A DNA stretch of 25,493 nucleotides from Balamuthia mandrillaris. Its lineage: Eukaryota. The position numbers and the translations under genes are program-made. Below are positions 21,266 to 25,493 of this stretch, piece by piece (the stretch's first letter is position 1; every line of letters begins with the position of its first letter). A model generated the notes under the pieces. It had not been told where the DNA came from, searched no databases, and saw only the letters and a list, made by a program, of their open reading frames with translations. The stretch lies in NCBI GenBank assembly GCA_031835245.2, contig JAVKOQ020000068.1, forward strand, positions 186,001 to 211,493, read 5' to 3'.

Positions 21266-22503
21266 TTAGGAGGTACTTGTTGGAATGATACCTCCCAATA
21301 TGCCGGCTACTGCTATTACGACCACAATCAACACTATGCACAGTACTAGTATGCAGATTTGTCTCTGTCGTGTTTAGAACAGAATGTAAGATAGAGAAAG
21401 AGAGCAAACAAGTTAAAAAAGAATTACAGCAAGAGAAGCGTTACCCTTCTAGCCATGCACTGCCGCTTTTCAGAAATAGCCAAGTCTTTAACAGCTGTCT
21501 CGGTGTACGCCTTGGTCTGAGATACGCTGTGCTCGATCTGGTCGATAAGGTCGCCCTGCGTTTCAACAAGGATGGACATGTCCATGAAAAGTTGCTGCAG
21601 CTCCACAATGCTTTTTTCCAGGTTTTTGATGTCGTTCTGTTTCTCCTTTAGGAAGTCTAATGCGTGGACGGCATCCTCATGCTTTCGGTCCTCCATGATC
21701 TGCCTTTGAAAGATGGCTTCAGCAGCATCTGGGCTTTGCTCTAGAATCTCATCCAGTTCCTCTTGAGTTGCGTCTGGCTTCACTGTGGTCATACGCAAGT
21801 CAGTACAACAAAACAAATGACCAAGAAGCATGAAACAAAAAAAAAAACAACAGAGAGAGAGAATGAAGAGATAGAGAGACAAAGAGAACAAACCCAGCTT
21901 GACTTGCCGCAAAATGGCTTTCCTGGACTGAGAGTCAGCTTCGGTGAGGGCGAGCTGGTACTCGCTCATGAGGTCCATAAACTTCCGCACGACAGAGCCG
22001 TGCATGTTCACTCGAATGCGGCACAAGGAGGGGTCGTTGTTGTGTTCCTTGGTGAACTGGTCGTTCTCCTTGCGGATTCTTTTCAGCGCCACTCTCATCT
22101 CTTGCGCGGTGTTGTCCATTTCTTCTCTGATCTTGCTTGCGTCCCTTTTCAATTCTTTTTTTAAATAAGCGAGTTAGGGACGGCCGAAAACCGAGGCAGC
22201 CAACAAAAAACTTGAGGCTAAAGCAAACAGAGAGGATGGCTTACTCTTTATTTGTTCAGTGCTTGTCGTGGTGAGAATGTCGGCAAAGAGGCGTTTCAAG
22301 GTGACGAGGTTCTTGGTGAGAAACTGCATGTCTTCTTTCATCTCTTCGATGTCCTTCAAGAAATCCTTGAGCTCGTCCATCTTCTCCAGCTCTTCTTCAG
22401 GGAGCTCGCGGTCGCTGCCCCTTGGCGTCATTTCAATGTCTGACTCAGACACACTGCCGCTCGAGGCAGTGGCCTCCAAGAACTCCTTCATCCTGTCGTT
22501 CAT
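21266..22503 (-). CDS. Syntaxin (Qa-SNARE, syntaxin-1/SYP1-like plasma-membrane type), 4 exons, about 318 aa
   Basis: Exons (minus) 22503-22245, 22154-21894, 21782-21445, 21364-21266 (957 nt). N-peptide MNDRMKEF, Habc helices, SNARE motif LEKSIVELQQLFMDMSILVETQGDLIDQIE with zero-layer Q, C-terminal TM ICILVLCIVLIVVVIAVAGILGG. The last few codons are less certain. Confidence 0.93.
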
Positions 22504-22997
22504 TTTTTGTGTGTGGATTCTTTCTGTTTCTGCCCTTCTTTCTCAACGATCTTCTGCACTACCAATTTTTTTTTCAAGAAAAAAAAAAGTAGCGCTAGCT
22601 CTTCTTCGTCCTACTAACGATACCGTAACTGGGTCCCTGCCAAACTGACTTGTGTGTGCAAAACAAAACAAAAAAAAAAAGCGCCACCTCAAAAGGCAGG
22701 TAAGCTCCTGAAGGTGAGTGCGTGCGTACAACCGTTCCTTTTTGCCGCCGCCGCTGCAATGATTTCTTTTTCTTTCTTTTTTTGTTGGCGGTTTTTCTCT
22801 CTGATCTACATCGATCTTCCGCTAAACAGTTCTTTTATTCCATTGGTCCAATCTTCCGAGCACACGTGTGCAGCGCATCCGTGACGACGCGATAACAAAT
22901 GAATGAAAAAAAAATCCAGCCAAAAAAAACAAGCGCAAAAAAGCAAGAAGAAGAAACGCTGCCAACAACCCACCCCAAGTTGTTGCCATCTGTGAGG
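22504..22997. promoter_or_regulatory. Putative bidirectional promoter between the syntaxin and helicase genes
   Basis: 494-bp gap between head-to-head ATGs. Inferred. Confidence 0.5.
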
Positions 22998-23362
22998 ATG
23001 GCAGCTCGCGGGGGTGGTGCTTCTACCGGTGGCAGTGATGGGGGTGGTGTTTTTCGAGGCAGAGGACGAGGGAGAACGCGTGGTAGTGGTGGCGAGGGTG
23101 GCGAGGGAAGAGGCGGAGGTGGGGGCAGAGGGCGACGGGCCATGGCTCCTCCTTCCTATTCGGACCGCAAAAGTTTCATACGCGGACAAGGCACCTCGCG
23201 AGAACTCTCCGTATGTTGTCACTGTTACTTCAGTATTTTTGGGGTATCGAGTGTAACTCACTGTAAATGATTGACAGGGTAACTCCGCCTCAGCAGAGCC
23301 GCCACGCGTCCTCAGCAGCTCTCTTGTCAAGAAACAAAAGGTAAGTCTCCTCCTTCCCTTTG

Positions 23363-23407
<45 letters not shown>

Positions 23408-24477
23408 TCCTTCTCTTATCTTCGGAGATAAAAGGAATACTACGACCGGTTTGCTACGTTGTTGACGTACGAGTTGGAAGAGGACATGGCACAGATGCAC
23501 GAACGGCTGCGTAAATGGGGCACGCAGCGGCTGCAAAGAGAGGGAATTACACTGTTCTCGCTTGTTGCCAAACACAAGGGTTCGCTTTTTAATGAGCGCA
23601 TCGTGCGGTTGACTCCGCAGCGCGCCACAGAGCTTCCCTATCACCGCTTTTCGCAAGGCGACATGGTCTGCTGCGCTCTTTTGCTCCTTCTTTTGTTTGT
23701 TTTCGCCGCTCTTTTGCTTTCCTCACTGATGGCGGAGGAAACGGGACTAATCGCGCTAACTGCTGACTTACTCAGGTGGTACTGAGCAGAGATGATCCAT
23801 TGTCAGAACGAACGGTGGACGGTACTGTGTTGGAAAAGAAGACCACTTACATCAACATTGTGGTGCGGGACCTACCACGAGAGCTAACATTCGGTACATG
23901 GGTTCGTTGCAGACTTCTTCTTGACTTTTTGCTCTGGTTGTGGAAATCCGTATTAAAGACCTGTACAACCATCATGCGATGACTGTAATGCCAAGAGAAT
24001 GGACAAAGGAGCCAATAGAGTTACGCACGACCGTATGATGGAAGCCTTGGCCATCTTTACCTCCAACGAAGTGATACCCGAGAACTCAGTGTCTACTAAC
24101 AGTGGAGAAAGTTGCCGTGGTGGAAGCAGCAGCAGCAGCCAAAGTAAAAGCGGTTCTTCCTCCACTTCAAGTGCATCTAGCAGCAGCAACAGTCGTGCCG
24201 CTTCTTCTTCTAGTGCTAGTTCTTCCAAGAAAGAAGTGATGATGGGAGGAACGCTTCTTAGAAACATCATACTCGGAAACGTTTGGGGCAACGACTACAA
24301 GGCAGCAGCTGCAAAACCCCCTGAAGGTCTCTCTGAATATTACAAGAAAAGCAACTTTCCGCCCGACTTTGACACGTGGCGGTTGAACGATAGCCAACGC
24401 CAAGTTATCAGAAGCGTGCTCACGCGGCGGCTTACCCTCATCCAAGGCCCACCCGGCACTGGTTCGTTCTTCTCCCG

Positions 24478-24522
<45 letters not shown>

Positions 24523-25422
24523 AACACAACTCTATCATTCCTGTCCCAGATTATGTCCTAATGTTCAATTCCCATCTCATCTTATCCCTTTATCGCTCTG
24601 CATTGCAATGCAGGAAAAACCTTCACGGCGATCCATTTGATGCGGCTGTTGGTCCATTTATGCAAGAGCAGAGTACCGGTACTCTGTACCGCTGATACCA
24701 ATGTCGCAGTGGATAACCTTTTGCAAGGACTCTCCGATTTTGGCATACGTGCCCTTCGCGTTGGCAGACCTGTTAAAGTAAGAGAAGAGCTGCGTGGGCT
24801 GAGCTTGGATGCTCAAATCCTAGCACATCCTCGTACTGCGGAGCTGACTAAACTACGCGATCGCACCGTAGAACTTTCAAACCAAATTCCTGAGTTAAAA
24901 GACAGCGCCAAGTACGATGCTTTGGTTTCACAATTGAAGAGTAAAGCTACCGTTAAGAGCTCTAACCTTTTCACTTCAAAAAGGAATATTGCACATATGG
25001 ATTTACAGAGTACTTGGGCCAAATTGAAGGAATTAGAGAGCAGAATAGCAAAGGAGATTCTAGATGGCGCTCAAGTTATCTGCGCCACTTGTATTGGCGC
25101 AGGGCACGAGTTGCTCCGGAATCGCCAATTTCCTATTGTTATCCTTGACGGTAAACCCACAAGTCATCCTTGTGAAAGCCATTCTGTGTATATTAACAGA
25201 CACATTCGTACTTCCTACCCTAGAGTCTACACAAGCAACAGAACCAGCCAGCTTATGTCCTCTGGTGCATGGTTCAAAGCACGTAGTCCTGATGGGTGAC
25301 CACTTCCAACTGCCGCCAACCGTGATATCACCAAAAGGACAGGAAGGCGGCCTTGGAGAAAGTCTTTTTTCTCGCCTCATTAAACTGGGTATCACCACTC
25401 ACATGCTTGAGATTCAATATCG
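22998..25422 (+). CDS. UPF1/IGHMBP2-like SF1 (DNA2/NAM7-type) helicase, 5' part (continues beyond the window)
   Basis: Exons 22998-23210, 23278-23340, 23435-23665, 23776-23901, 23996-24461, 24614-24911, 24984-25150, 25224-25422. Motifs: Q LNDSQ, Walker A QGPPGTGKT, Ia TNVAVDNL, Ib VICATC, Walker B ILDESTQATEP, III GDHFQLPP, SLFSRL, LEIQYR. Confidence 0.92.
23366..23404 (+). repeat. (CT)n microsatellite in helicase intron 2
   Basis: Read directly. Confidence 0.95.
24480..24520 (+). repeat. (CT)n microsatellite in helicase intron 5
   Basis: Read directly. Confidence 0.95.
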
Positions 25423-25441
25423 GTTTGTGGATGCTTTCCCC

Positions 25442-25444
<3 letters not shown>

Positions 25445-25493
<49 letters not shown>
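25445..25493 (+). repeat. (CT)n microsatellite in helicase intron 8, reaching the window/contig end
   Basis: Read directly. Confidence 0.95.

Noticed and set aside
544..22503. Rac, Rabenosyn-like and syntaxin genes as a membrane-trafficking gene cluster
   Set aside because: These are large, common families interspersed with unrelated genes; there is no evidence of functional clustering.
318..22894. CGATA/TATCG recurring upstream of genes, including a DRE-like TATCGATA at 1996-2003
   Set aside because: About a dozen hits in roughly 3 kb is only around twice my rough by-hand expectation for a 5-mer; not supportable without genome-wide statistics.
1..25493. CRISPR arrays, tRNA/rRNA genes, transposons or viral insertions
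   Set aside because: No repeat-spacer periodicity, no cloverleaf with A/B boxes, and no transposase, RT or terminal repeats seen; all repeats are simple microsatellites.

Overview
Compact, intron-rich eukaryotic genomic DNA. The gene content and style suggest a protist, possibly amoebozoan; that assignment is inference only. By joining GT-AG exons by hand I reconstruct 11 protein-coding genes with about 40 complete introns, and every complete spliced CDS sums to a multiple of 3. In order: a partial BTB/POZ protein (-); a Rac-like Rho GTPase (+) that the ORF track misses; a 993-aa ubiquitin-system multidomain protein (+); a Rabenosyn-5/Vac1-like protein with a degenerate FYVE finger (-); an AMPK/MARK-like kinase (+); a small TM + coiled-coil protein (+); a DUF599 membrane protein (+); a bacterial-like amidohydrolase (-); a HAD-like protein (+); a Qa-SNARE syntaxin (-); and a partial UPF1/IGHMBP2-like SF1 helicase (+). 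The standout is the 993-aa gene at 2116-5599. It joins an NZF ubiquitin-binding finger, a complete UBE2Z/USE1-type E2 with intact catalytic Cys, UIM/MIU-like motifs and a TRIM-type RING-B-box-coiled-coil E3 module in one polypeptide, and the end of the E2 lies in the same exon as the RING. I found no tRNA, rRNA, CRISPR array or mobile element. Family assignments rest on motifs recognised from memory, not on database searches.
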